A stretch of DNA of 32,000 nt, taken from assembly GCF_036323395.1 (NCBI RefSeq), contig NZ_AP028907.1, positions 840,001-872,000 on the forward strand, given 5' to 3'. A model generated the notes under the pieces. It did not search any database and was not told the origin of the DNA. It was given only the letters and a program-made list of their open reading frames with translations. The DNA is from Pyrodictium abyssi (GTDB taxonomy: Archaea; Thermoproteota; Thermoprotei_A; Sulfolobales; Pyrodictiaceae). This document shows positions 1 to 8,522 of the stretch, in pieces; the stretch's first letter is position 1, and every line of letters starts with the position of its first letter. The position numbers and the translations under genes are program-made.

Positions 1-4
1 GCGG

Positions 5-262
5 GTGCTGCTTATGTCTCTCCAATGGGATCCCAAGTGGGAAGAGGTAGTAATAGACGTGGAGGGTATACGCGTAAAGGCTCTCCAAGACCGTATCACA
101 AAACTAATAGCGTGCCCGATATGCGGCGTCGGTGATAGAGCTTCATACTTCTTTAGCCCCCGTGATCTCATAAACCATCTCTTTGCACATACTTCAAGAG
201 CCCAAAGGATCCAAGTCGTTGCGCCCACAACAGAACCCGAGGAGGAAGAGGAAGAGGAGTGA
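5..262 (+). CDS. small hypothetical protein with C2H2-like zinc-finger motif and poly-Glu tail (possibly 5'-truncated at window edge)
   Basis: 85-aa ORF. CPIC-x17-HLFAH read from the translation. The TGA stop overlaps the GTG of the next ORF (GTGA). Confidence 0.4.
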   Translation: MLLMSLQWDPKWEEVVIDVEGIRVKALQDRITKLIACPICGVGDRASYFFSPRDLINHLFAHTSRAQRIQVVAPTTEPEEEEEEE

Positions 263-1191
263 CAATGTTTGTTCTCGACGTCTTTTCCTCCCCCACATTG
301 GATATCATTAATGGTCGTCTATGCAGGGGCGGGCCCGCTTATTATGCCAGGCTGGCACTTTATGCTGTTGGTGCCTCGGACGCTAGAGTTAGGCTGCCGT
401 ACGATACGTGTATAGACGTAGAGTGGTATCTTAGGACAGAATGGTGCTTGGAGGCCGACACGTTAGCTGCTATTCCGGAGTGCGCTACAGTATTCATGCT
501 GGAGGAGAGAGATGCAGGCCGCCGGTTGAAGCCACTCAGCCTCCATAAGATAGGGCGTGAGCATCCAAAAGGCACCGCGGCACTCATATCACCTGTTCTC
601 GCCGAACTCGACATTGATAATGCTGTTAGGCTGCTAAGCCATTACAGCCTAGCCGTTTTGGATGTTCAAGGATTTAGCCGTCTCTACTATGGTGGAGAAG
701 TCGCAGTGTTTAGCGAGAACGTCCTAGCTCTTGTAGAGCGGGTTGGGGTAGCCGACAATTTCATAGCTATTAAAGCCAGTTTGGAGGATATACCGGATTT
801 CATAGCCCTGGATAGGTTGCTTAGATACAGCTCTAGCTTAGGACATACCGCTATAATGGTTACTGCTGGGCCTAGAGGCGCACTTATACTGTATAGCGAC
901 TATAGCTTCGTCATTAGGCCTCGGAGCGTGGATAGGGTTCCTACTGGCGCTGGGGACATGTTCTCGACACTAGTTCTCTATGGTGTTTGGAGAGGATATG
1001 GATTAGAACGCTCCACGCTGGGGGCCGCCGCAGCTGTGTCGTGTATACTGGAGAGGAGGGACGAGATAGCCTATGGAGGATACGGACTATGCAGAGACAG
1101 TTTTGAAGAAAGGTTCCACGCCAGTATATACCGGTTACCAGGCAGATGCTACAGCATTGACTGTGTCATCTCCGCTCTTGAGTATGGGTAG
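259..1191 (+). CDS. PfkB/ribokinase-family sugar or nucleoside kinase
   Basis: 310 aa. N-terminal GGPAYYARLALYAVGA and C-terminal TGAGDMFS match ribokinase-family signature regions. Confidence 0.7.
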   Translation: MTMFVLDVFSSPTLDIINGRLCRGGPAYYARLALYAVGASDARVRLPYDTCIDVEWYLRTEWCLEADTLAAIPECATVFMLEERDAGRRLKPLSLHKIGREHPKGTAALISPVLAELDIDNAVRLLSHYSLAVLDVQGFSRLYYGGEVAVFSENVLALVERVGVADNFIAIKASLEDIPDFIALDRLLRYSSSLGHTAIMVTAGPRGALILYSDYSFVIRPRSVDRVPTGAGDMFSTLVLYGVWRGYGLERSTLGAAAAVSCILERRDEIAYGGYGLCRDSFEERFHASIYRLPGRCYSIDCVISALEYG

Positions 1192-1581
1192 CCCGGAAGA
1201 CCTATCACTATTGTATCCAAGAAGCGAGAGCGCTACATCAACTATTTCTTCCACCTTTAGGACGCGGCCCTCTGCTATCTCCCTACCATTTATAACCAGC
1301 ACGGGTATACTGTACGGGGTAAACACACCTACATGGGATACATCCCAGTATACCGTGTTTGGTACCACGAGGGCTTCAATACCGTACTCTTCTCTTAGAA
1401 TCTTGGCCGCCTTGCGTGCATTTTCTATAAGCTCTTCTGTGGCTGCGTCAAAAGCCCCGTATATCACTATCTCTATGTCTGCTGTGAATACAGCCTCCAT
1501 CTCGAGTGGTATACCGGCTTCGTGGGCTGCTACGGCTACCCCGACGTCTGCTGCGGCAGACACGGAGAGACCCCGGCGCAA
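1135..1581 (-). CDS. thioredoxin-fold (MTH895/Thioredoxin_3-like) protein lacking the CxxC pair; paralogue of 29950-30267
   Basis: 148-aa ORF. IEIVIYGAFD...ENARKAA...YGIEA...IPVLVINGREIAEGRVLKVEEI follows the small-thioredoxin layout but has no Cys. The start may be the internal ATG at 1500 (MEAVF), by comparison with the paralogue. The 3' end overlaps the PfkB gene by 57 nt. Confidence 0.5.
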   Translation of the reverse strand: MRRGLSVSAAADVGVAVAAHEAGIPLEMEAVFTADIEIVIYGAFDAATEELIENARKAAKILREEYGIEALVVPNTVYWDVSHVGVFTPYSIPVLVINGREIAEGRVLKVEEIVDVALSLLGYNSDRSSGLPILKSGDDTVNAVASAW

Positions 1582-1759
1582 CTATTCCAACCCCTGTGGG
1601 CCACTTAAGCCGCTACAGCCTGGTAACCCGGGCCCCACCCTACCATAGAGTATAGGCTGCTAACGGGACAGGATACGGCAGAAGGCATCATTCTAATCCG
1701 GTAGTACACTTTACGTGGAGTAACACCGAATAGAGTGTAGCGAGAAACAACTACTGGGG

Positions 1760-2023
1760 GTGTACATGCCTATGAGAATGACACCGCGTTCAAGCAGGGA
1801 CTATATTGATGAGAGGCTGATGCTGGCAGCTGAGCGGGCAGCAGAGATACTTGTAGAACACATGAACGAGTGGAAGGATACTATAGATGCCTACTGGCTT
1901 CTACGCCGCTACGAGGACGAGGTTGGAGTACCGGTTACCTACGACATCGTAGAGCAGGCCGTGGAGAAGGCTCGCCGGGTGCTAGAGGCTACGGGGCAGA
2001 GTATCTCGCACGTCAAGGTCTGA
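1760..2023 (+). CDS. hypothetical small helical protein
   Basis: 87-aa ORF with protein-like composition, directly upstream of glyA. No family recognised. Confidence 0.4.
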   Translation: MYMPMRMTPRSSRDYIDERLMLAAERAAEILVEHMNEWKDTIDAYWLLRRYEDEVGVPVTYDIVEQAVEKARRVLEATGQSISHVKV

Positions 2024-2076
2024 GGCCTTCCCATAGAACATGCTGTGGAGGGGGCTCTATTTACCCCCTAGACGTT

Positions 2077-3423
2077 GTGTGGTGGACTAACTGGTGCCAG
2101 CCAGTCTTGCAAGACTATTGGGATGACAAGCTTAGTCTCCTACCAGATGAGCTTAGGGAGATACTAAGCATTACTAAGCAGCACAACCGCTGGAGGAAGT
2201 ACGAGACTATAAACCTAATCGCAAGCGAGAATACCATGAGCCCTCTAGCTACTTCTGCGTACCTATCCGACATGATGCACCGTTATGCCGAGGGTAAGCC
2301 GTTCAAGCGCTACTACCAGGGTACACGGTATGTTGACGAGATTGAAGTAAGAGTAATGAAGCTCATGGGCGAGCTCCTCCGAGCCGACTATGTGGACCCA
2401 AGGCCAGTAAGCGGCACGACCGCCAATGCATCAGTCTTCCGGGTCCTCGGCAAGTGCGGCTCCAAGGCAGTCATAGCCCCCGTTCAGGCTGGCGCACACG
2501 TAAGCCATACAAAGTTTGGCACACTCGGCGCGCTGTGTATAGAGCACATAGAGATGCCATACGACCACGAGCAAATGAACATCGACGTTGACCGCGCCAT
2601 TAAGCTGATAGAAGAGGTGAAGCCAAGCTTCGTCGTACTCGGCGCCAGTGTATACCTATTCCCGCACCCCGTAAAAGAGATAGCTGACGCGGCCCATAGT
2701 GTTGGTGCAAAGCTTGTATATGACGCAGCTCACGTGCTAGGACTCATAGCCGGTAAAAGGTGGCGTAACCCCCTGGACCACGGTGCAGACATACTAACCG
2801 CGTCAACACACAAAACGTTTCCCGGGCCCCAGGGCGGCGTAATAGCTACGCGCGATGAAGGCCTCTACAAGCCCATATCGCGTGCCGTGTTCCCGTACTT
2901 CGTCAGCAACCATCATCTACACCGCCTTCCTGCTCTAGCAGTAACCGCTGTCGAGATGAAATACTTCGGAGAGGCCTATGCAGACCAGATAATCCGTAAC
3001 GCCAAGGCGCTAGCAGAAGCGCTAGCTGCTGAGGGCTTCAAGGTGCTCGGAGAGCATTTGGGCTATACTAAGAGTCACCAGGTCGTACTCGACGTCCGCC
3101 CTCAGGGCGGCGGTGCAAAGGCAGCAAAGCTGCTCGAGGAGGCTAATATAATAGTCAATAAGAATCTATTGCCCTACGACCCGCCAGACGCTATAAAGGA
3201 TCCTAGTGGCCTAAGGCTAGGCGTGCAGGAGATGACGAGGTACGGCATGAAGGAGGACAATATGAAGGACATAGCAAGGTTCATGAGGAGGGTGCTAATT
3301 GATGGAGAGGACCCCAAGAAGGTTGCAGAGGAGGTCAAAGCGTATAGAAAGGAGTATACCAAGGTACATTACTGCTTCGATGTAGACACAATAGAGGATG
3401 GCAAGCTATACCTGCTCTACTAG
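2077..3423 (+). CDS. glyA: serine hydroxymethyltransferase
   Basis: [36 protein letters not shown] and [12 protein letters not shown] (PLP lysine) are collinear with archaeal SHMT. The track ORF starts at 1870, but its first ~69 aa are Arg/Gly-rich and overlap the 87-aa ORF. I place the start at GTG 2077; TTG 2107 is the alternative. Confidence 0.93.
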   Translation: MWWTNWCQPVLQDYWDDKLSLLPDELREILSITKQHNRWRKYETINLIASENTMSPLATSAYLSDMMHRYAEGKPFKRYYQGTRYVDEIEVRVMKLMGELLRADYVDPRPVSGTTANASVFRVLGKCGSKAVIAPVQAGAHVSHTKFGTLGALCIEHIEMPYDHEQMNIDVDRAIKLIEEVKPSFVVLGASVYLFPHPVKEIADAAHSVGAKLVYDAAHVLGLIAGKRWRNPLDHGADILTASTHKTFPGPQGGVIATRDEGLYKPISRAVFPYFVSNHHLHRLPALAVTAVEMKYFGEAYADQIIRNAKALAEALAAEGFKVLGEHLGYTKSHQVVLDVRPQGGGAKAAKLLEEANIIVNKNLLPYDPPDAIKDPSGLRLGVQEMTRYGMKEDNMKDIARFMRRVLIDGEDPKKVAEEVKAYRKEYTKVHYCFDVDTIEDGKLYLLY

Positions 3424-3731
3424 CCACACATTCCAGCATACCTTTACTCTTTTATAGCTGTCACTGCACCGGCTTAGTCACTGATCCTCCATCAGCCGAT
3501 AGAATATAGCTCACTCCTCCGGACGGCTATCCAGGCATTGTAATGCTTACTAATGCTTGCACAAGCTGTCCTTCTATACGCCTACCCTAGTGATGCCCTA
3601 TAATCGTCTAGGTAGGATTGCGGGAGGCAAGTCCCCGGACCTTCATCCACGCCCCGTGCCGCGGGGCTGTCTGGGGGGCGGCGCGCGTGTTGTATACCAC
3701 CTCTCCTACAGGGGTTTTAGGGTAGCGTCCA

Positions 3732-4511
3732 GTGTACCGGCCCCATGCATGGATAGTGAATATAGGAAACGAGCTGCTCATCGGGAGAATAGCTAACACC
3801 AATGCTGCCGTAATAGCTCGAGAGCTCACGCTCATGGGCGTTATTGTAAAGCGTATAGTGGTTGTTGGGGACTATCTCGACGATATAGCCACAACTGTAC
3901 GGGAGGCTGTAGGCTCTGCCGACATAGTTGTGACGACGGGAGGCCTCGGGCCCACGGACGACGACATTACTATGGAGGCAGTAGCAGCAGCCATAAACAC
4001 GCCACTGGTCCTGAACAAAGCTGCACTGGAAATGATTGAAGCCTTCTACCGTAAGAGGGGCCTCCAGCTAACTAGAGAGCGTTTGAAAATGGCCTATCTC
4101 CCTCTGGGTGCAGAGCCTATACCTAACCCAGTAGGGGCTGCACCAGGCGCCTACATCAACTATTCGGGATCCCACATAGTGGTTCTGCCCGGCGTCCCTA
4201 GCGAGATGGAGGCTATGCTAAAGATAGCTCTCAATAGGCTAGCCCACATCCTCCCAGAGCTGTGCGTAGCTGAGGAAGGCATAACTATTGAGGGTATCCC
4301 CGAGTCGTCGCTAGCACCGTTGCTTAGAAGAGCCTCCAAGCTGTGCAGCGATTGCTACATTAAGAGCCACCCAAAGGGACACGAGGTGGAAAACCCCATT
4401 ATCGACGTGAAGGTTACGGCTTCTGCACCAGATTGCGATACTGCCAGGTCTAAGGCACTCGCCGTCCTAGACTATCTAAAGAAGCTTATACAGGGTGAAA
4501 ACAGTGCCTAG
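3732..4511 (+). CDS. CinA-like / MoCF-biosynthesis (molybdopterin-binding) domain protein
   Basis: IVNIGNELLIGRIANTNA and TTGGLGPTDDDIT are typical of the CinA/MoaB-type domain. The start could be GTG 3732 or GTG 3756. Confidence 0.75.
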   Translation: MYRPHAWIVNIGNELLIGRIANTNAAVIARELTLMGVIVKRIVVVGDYLDDIATTVREAVGSADIVVTTGGLGPTDDDITMEAVAAAINTPLVLNKAALEMIEAFYRKRGLQLTRERLKMAYLPLGAEPIPNPVGAAPGAYINYSGSHIVVLPGVPSEMEAMLKIALNRLAHILPELCVAEEGITIEGIPESSLAPLLRRASKLCSDCYIKSHPKGHEVENPIIDVKVTASAPDCDTARSKALAVLDYLKKLIQGENSA

Positions 4512-4716
4512 ACCCAGCTCACCACTTGCAAGAGGTATGGCTGTCTTCAACGCCGTACTTGTACCGATAGCTGCCTGCTCACTTTACATGGTTTATCTCG
4601 GCGCTACAAGAGACAGCAGTCTTCTACTAGCCACGGGCACACTGCTCACCATCATATCACCGTTCCTCGCATACACCATTGCTAGGAGGATTCTAGCTAA
4701 GCTGTCTAGCGTGTAG
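4495..4716 (+). CDS. small membrane protein (two predicted TM helices)
   Basis: 73-aa ORF overlapping the cinA-like stop. It has two hydrophobic stretches. An alternative ATG lies at 4537. Confidence 0.4.
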   Translation: MKTVPRPSSPLARGMAVFNAVLVPIAACSLYMVYLGATRDSSLLLATGTLLTIISPFLAYTIARRILAKLSSV

Positions 4717-4805
4717 ACCAGCTAGGCTACCCACTGGGCGCTAAGAATATACACACTCTACTGCTAGAGCCATTAGTGAACTGGATGCTGGAGGGCTAGA
4801 TAGCC

Positions 4806-5198
4806 TTGACTAGTACACAGACTGGGAGCGGCACGGACGTCGAGAAGCTGAAGGCGAAGATAATAGACGCCCTTAGGACTGTATATGATCCGGAGATTCC
4901 CGTAAACGTGTACGATCTCGGCCTGGTATATGACATAGATATTAAGGATGGAAAGGTCAAAATAAGGCTAGGTCTGACGGCACCAGGGTGCCCTATAGCC
5001 AGCCAGATAGCCTTGATGGCTGAGGAGGCTATTCGCCAGAACGTTCCTGAGATAAAGGATGTTGAGGTAGAACTAGATCTGAAGACACCCTGGGATCCGC
5101 GGCGCGTAACACCGGAGGGCCGTAGGCTTCTCCAGGAACTGTTCGGCTACGATGTTGTCGAAGAATGGATAAAAAGGTATGAGCAGCTCCAGGGCTAG
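4806..5198 (+). CDS. DUF59/MIP18-family Fe-S cluster assembly protein (SufT/PaaD-like)
   Basis: DPEIPVNVYDLGLVYDI ... LTAPGCP is the hallmark DUF59 core. TTG start. Confidence 0.8.
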   Translation: MTSTQTGSGTDVEKLKAKIIDALRTVYDPEIPVNVYDLGLVYDIDIKDGKVKIRLGLTAPGCPIASQIALMAEEAIRQNVPEIKDVEVELDLKTPWDPRRVTPEGRRLLQELFGYDVVEEWIKRYEQLQG

Positions 5199-5310
5199 AA
5201 GCTAACTTAAACAGACACTAGTTGACACAACTGCCGTCTCTAGGGCTGCCAGCCCTTAGCTCGCCAGCCTTGGGTTTATCACCCGCCTGGCATGGTTCCT
5301 CGTTCCCGGA

Positions 5311-5396
5311 GGCCGGGTGTGACCTACCTTTGTAGAAGGCTGGCAGCCGACGCTCTTTCAGCGTATGAGGAGGGGACCACCACAGCTGACCCGGCC
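5311..5396 (+). ncRNA. candidate box C/D-like sRNA (atypically long, degenerate D')
   Basis: A 7-bp terminal stem GGCCGGG (5311-5317) / CCCGGCC (5390-5396) flanks UGUGACC (GA at 5321-5322) and CUGA (5386-5389). An internal AUGAGGA (5365-5371) sits 14 nt before the D box. A TTTATC TATA-like element lies about 34 nt upstream. Confidence 0.3.
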
Positions 5397-5459
5397 TATT
5401 TCCACGGTATAGCTGTTCTTTGTTCCGCCATCAGAGCGCTGTCCAACACATAGGCTTAG

Positions 5460-5467
5460 TTTTATAG
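5460..5467 (+). promoter_or_regulatory. TATA-box-like element upstream of serS
   Basis: TTTTATAG lies 41-48 nt upstream of the TTG start at 5508. A GGGGG SD-like run lies between them. Confidence 0.35.
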
Positions 5468-5507
5468 AGCAGTATAGCCTAGGAGTCTGTGATGGGGGTC
5501 AACAAGG

Positions 5508-6896
5508 TTGACGTGGAGCCTGCTACGGTATCTCAGAGAGAACCCAGAGATTCTCCGCAAGAGCCTGAGAAAGCGTTACATGGATCCATCACTTGTTGAC
5601 AAGCTGCGTAGCCTAGACGAGCAGTGGCGCAAGCTCAAACGGATGGTTGACGAGGTACGTCATCGCCACAACGTGATAACACGTAGCATAGCTAAAACGC
5701 GTGACCCAGAGGAGCGCAAGAAGCTGATAGAGGAGGCTAGAAGGCTGCTCAGGGAGAGAGAAAAGCTCGAAGAGGAGCTAAAGCGCGTAGAGGCTGAGCG
5801 TGAGAAGCTGCTGCTATCTCTGCCTAACATAGTGCACGAGTCCGTCCCTGAAGGAGACTCCGACGAATACAACGTACCTATAAGGTTCTGGGGACGGCCA
5901 AGAGTGTACCGGGAGTTCCTAGACACGTTCCGCGAGCAGACCGAGAAGTGGGGGTTCAAGGTAGACTACGAGCTTATCGACTGGAAGCCTGTTGGCCATG
6001 CAGACATGCTAGAGAACGTTCTCAGACTCGGCAATACTATAAAAGCTGCAGAGGTTGCTGGTTCCCGCTTCTACTACCTGTTCGACGACCTGGTATGGCT
6101 CGACTTCGCTCTGCTAATGTATGCTATAGACATACTTACCTCCAAGGGGTATAGGCTCGTGCTACCACCATACATGATACGACATAAGATACTCATGGGA
6201 GTCATCGACATGGAAACCTTCCAGGACGCCATATACAAGATTGAGGGCGAGGACCTCTACCTCATTGCCACAGCCGAGCACCCCCTAGCAGGTCTATACT
6301 ACAACGAAGAAATTATGGAGGACGAGCTACCTATAAAGCTTATAGGAATAAGTCCATGCTTCCGCAAGGAGGCTGGAGCAGGCAATAGGGACCTAAAGGG
6401 CATATTCCGCGTGCACCAGTTCCACAAAGTAGAGCAATACGTTTACGCTAAGCCGGAGGAGAGCTGGGACATACTCGAGGAGCTTATACGCAATGCTGAG
6501 GAGCTATTCCAAGGCCTCGGCCTGCCCTATAGAGTTGTAAACGTAGCCTCCGGCGAGCTAGGAGCACCCGCCGCGAAGAAGTACGACCTCGAAGTCTGGA
6601 TGCCTGCACAGGGCCGGTATCGGGAGATGGTTAGCGCGAGCAACACAACCGACTGGCAGAGCTATAGGCTTAACATAAGGCTTGTGAGGCGGAAGGGCAT
6701 GGTACGTGAGTATGTACATACACTCAACTCAACAGCTATAGCGTCTACACGCACCATTACCGCTATACTAGAGAACTTCCAGGAACCAGATGGCACAGTA
6801 GTCATACCTAAGGTTCTCCGAAAGTATCTAGAACCCTTCAGCAAAGCGCCCAAGGATGCCATACACCCTGTAAAGAAGGAGAAGGTGAACGAGTAA
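5508..6896 (+). CDS. serS: seryl-tRNA synthetase
   Basis: 462 aa. It has an N-terminal coiled-coil arm ([26 protein letters not shown]) and class II motifs ([25 protein letters not shown]; [19 protein letters not shown]). Confidence 0.95.
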   Translation: MTWSLLRYLRENPEILRKSLRKRYMDPSLVDKLRSLDEQWRKLKRMVDEVRHRHNVITRSIAKTRDPEERKKLIEEARRLLREREKLEEELKRVEAEREKLLLSLPNIVHESVPEGDSDEYNVPIRFWGRPRVYREFLDTFREQTEKWGFKVDYELIDWKPVGHADMLENVLRLGNTIKAAEVAGSRFYYLFDDLVWLDFALLMYAIDILTSKGYRLVLPPYMIRHKILMGVIDMETFQDAIYKIEGEDLYLIATAEHPLAGLYYNEEIMEDELPIKLIGISPCFRKEAGAGNRDLKGIFRVHQFHKVEQYVYAKPEESWDILEELIRNAEELFQGLGLPYRVVNVASGELGAPAAKKYDLEVWMPAQGRYREMVSASNTTDWQSYRLNIRLVRRKGMVREYVHTLNSTAIASTRTITAILENFQEPDGTVVIPKVLRKYLEPFSKAPKDAIHPVKKEKVNE

Positions 6897-7005
6897 ACTA
6901 TTACTCTCCACTCTTAAGCATGCAATCTAATACATTTTAAAGGCACATACATGGCTACCTCATTTAGCGTAAACATGCCCCCCACTATACTGGGTGTAAC
7001 GCTCT

Positions 7006-7266
7006 ATGGACCTTAAGCGGCGTATACTCCGCCTAGTCGAGGAGGCGCCGCAGCTGAATAAGGCCGCGTTTTATAGCGATCCCGTGGTTATGGCTCTAGT
7101 GGAGAATCTCCATGAAAGATGGCGGCGCGCTGGCTACGAGGGAGAACCGATAGACTATGCAACGCCGGAGGAGCTTGAAAGGCTTTACGAACTGGCAGAA
7201 TACTATACATCTCTTCCTCCATGGGAGGCTTACCGTATATTTAGAGAAAGGAGTAGCCTGGCCTAG
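7006..7266 (+). CDS. hypothetical small protein
   Basis: 86-aa ORF with a balanced helical composition, upstream of the radical-SAM trio. No family recognised. Confidence 0.4.
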   Translation: MDLKRRILRLVEEAPQLNKAAFYSDPVVMALVENLHERWRRAGYEGEPIDYATPEELERLYELAEYYTSLPPWEAYRIFRERSSLA

Positions 7267-7347
7267 CCTCTAACCGAGCTAGTCCCCTGGGAGAGAGTGC
7301 AAATAGAGAGCCTAGATTGCACCGAGTAGTGTCCGAGGGACCCGCAG

Positions 7348-8505
7348 ATGGTTTTTGACCGCTATGCGCCAGAGAGGCTATGGAAGTTAATGAGGCCAGA
7401 CGCTGTCCATGTATGGCTGGACGAGGATGTGCGGCGAAGACTCTCGTGGTACTATGGCGTCATGGTGAACGAGCTGCCTGCAAAGTACATGATAGCGAAG
7501 TACGTTGAGGCTGAAGACAATCCATATAAGCTTGGCTACGAGGAGCTTGTCGATGTTAAAAGGAGGGCGCGAAGGCTCTTCGAGAAGCTTTTCAGAGATG
7601 CACGTGCCGGCAAGCTAACATTAGAGGTGTTTGTTAAGGAGTTTAGGGATAGGCCAAAGTACTCTCTGCTCGATATCGACGTTGCTTTAGCAAAAATGCT
7701 TGCAAATCCATGTAGGCTCTGTGAAAGACGATGCATGATTGATAGGAGTAAACGTATCGGTGCTTGTAGACTGGATTCAAGAGTCTATGTGCATAGCTGG
7801 TTTCACCACCTAGGTGAGGAGGCACCTCTAGTACCTAGCGGTACTATATTCTATGGCGGCTGCAACTTTTCATGCGTGTATTGCCAGAACTATGATATTA
7901 GCCAAACAATGCCTAGACACGGGGAAGTTGTTGATGCCAAGAGGCTAGCATGGATACAGAGGATGCTACGGCTACATGGCGCACGGAACATAAACCATGT
8001 AGGCGGCGAACCTACACCCAATTTACCCACAATAGTTGAGTCTCTACTCTATCTCGATGTAAACGTGCCACAGATTTGGAACTCAAACATGTATATGACT
8101 GTTGAGGTTATGGACATTCTTGTTGATATAATAGATCTATGGCTTCCTGACTTCAAATACGGTAACAACGATTGTGCCATGAAGTTATCGGCTGTGCCCC
8201 GCTATTTTGACGTTGTCACCCGCAACTTGAAGATAGCCGTCGAGTCCGGCGATATGATAATAAGACACTTAGTGCTGCCATCTCATGTTGAGTGTTGCAG
8301 CTTAAGAGTGCTTAGGTGGATTGCCGAGAACCTACCTCTTGATAGAGTACTCGTAAACATAATGGATCAGTATCGCCCGGAGCATCTTGTAGCCAAGTAT
8401 CCTAGGCGCTGGCCTGAACTAGTAAGGCCCGTGTATCGGGAGGAGGTCGAACGTGTCTATGCTTATGCTAGTAGGCTCGGCATCGTGTATGAGCCCGTTA
8501 GCTAG
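7348..8505 (+). CDS. radical-SAM protein, PflX-like (COG1313) homologue of glycyl-radical activases
   Basis: It has an upstream Cys cluster (CRLCERRCMIDR...GACRL), then HLGEEAPL...GTIFYGGCNFSCVYCQNYDIS (CxxxCxxC), then NINHVGGEPTP. This layout is typical of PflX-type proteins. Confidence 0.8.
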   Translation: MVFDRYAPERLWKLMRPDAVHVWLDEDVRRRLSWYYGVMVNELPAKYMIAKYVEAEDNPYKLGYEELVDVKRRARRLFEKLFRDARAGKLTLEVFVKEFRDRPKYSLLDIDVALAKMLANPCRLCERRCMIDRSKRIGACRLDSRVYVHSWFHHLGEEAPLVPSGTIFYGGCNFSCVYCQNYDISQTMPRHGEVVDAKRLAWIQRMLRLHGARNINHVGGEPTPNLPTIVESLLYLDVNVPQIWNSNMYMTVEVMDILVDIIDLWLPDFKYGNNDCAMKLSAVPRYFDVVTRNLKIAVESGDMIIRHLVLPSHVECCSLRVLRWIAENLPLDRVLVNIMDQYRPEHLVAKYPRRWPELVRPVYREEVERVYAYASRLGIVYEPVS

Positions 8506-8522
8506 GATGGGGCGCTGGGCCT

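Noticed and set aside
1135-1191. 57-nt convergent overlap between the PfkB gene and ORF 1135-1581
   Set aside because: This most likely reflects non-conserved C-terminal extensions of one or both ORFs. I see no evidence that it is functional.
1604-1614. CTTAAGCCGCT resembles the 5S rRNA GUUAAGCCGCU segment
   Set aside because: The flanks cannot be folded into the 5S helix I/II/III topology, and there is no matching 5'/3' closing helix. This is probably chance within a divergent promoter region.
1870-2076. N-terminal 69 codons of the 517-aa track ORF for SHMT
   Set aside because: This stretch is Arg/Gly-rich and has no SHMT homology. It also overlaps the better-looking 87-aa ORF in another frame. 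SHMT homology begins near [13 protein letters not shown], so I moved the start to GTG 2077 (or TTG 2107).
3622-3636. GGGAGGCAAGUCCCC resembles RNase P RNA CR-I (GAGGAAAGUCC)
   Set aside because: Only about 100 nt remain before the cinA-like CDS. No CR-IV/CR-V-like ACAGAA...GGCUUA partner lies downstream. A one-motif resemblance is not enough.
5310-5323. The 14-mer AGGCCGGGTGTGAC also occurs at 23714-23727
   Set aside because: By rough estimate, a few exact 14-mer repeats are expected by chance in 32 kb on two strands. The flanks share no further similarity.
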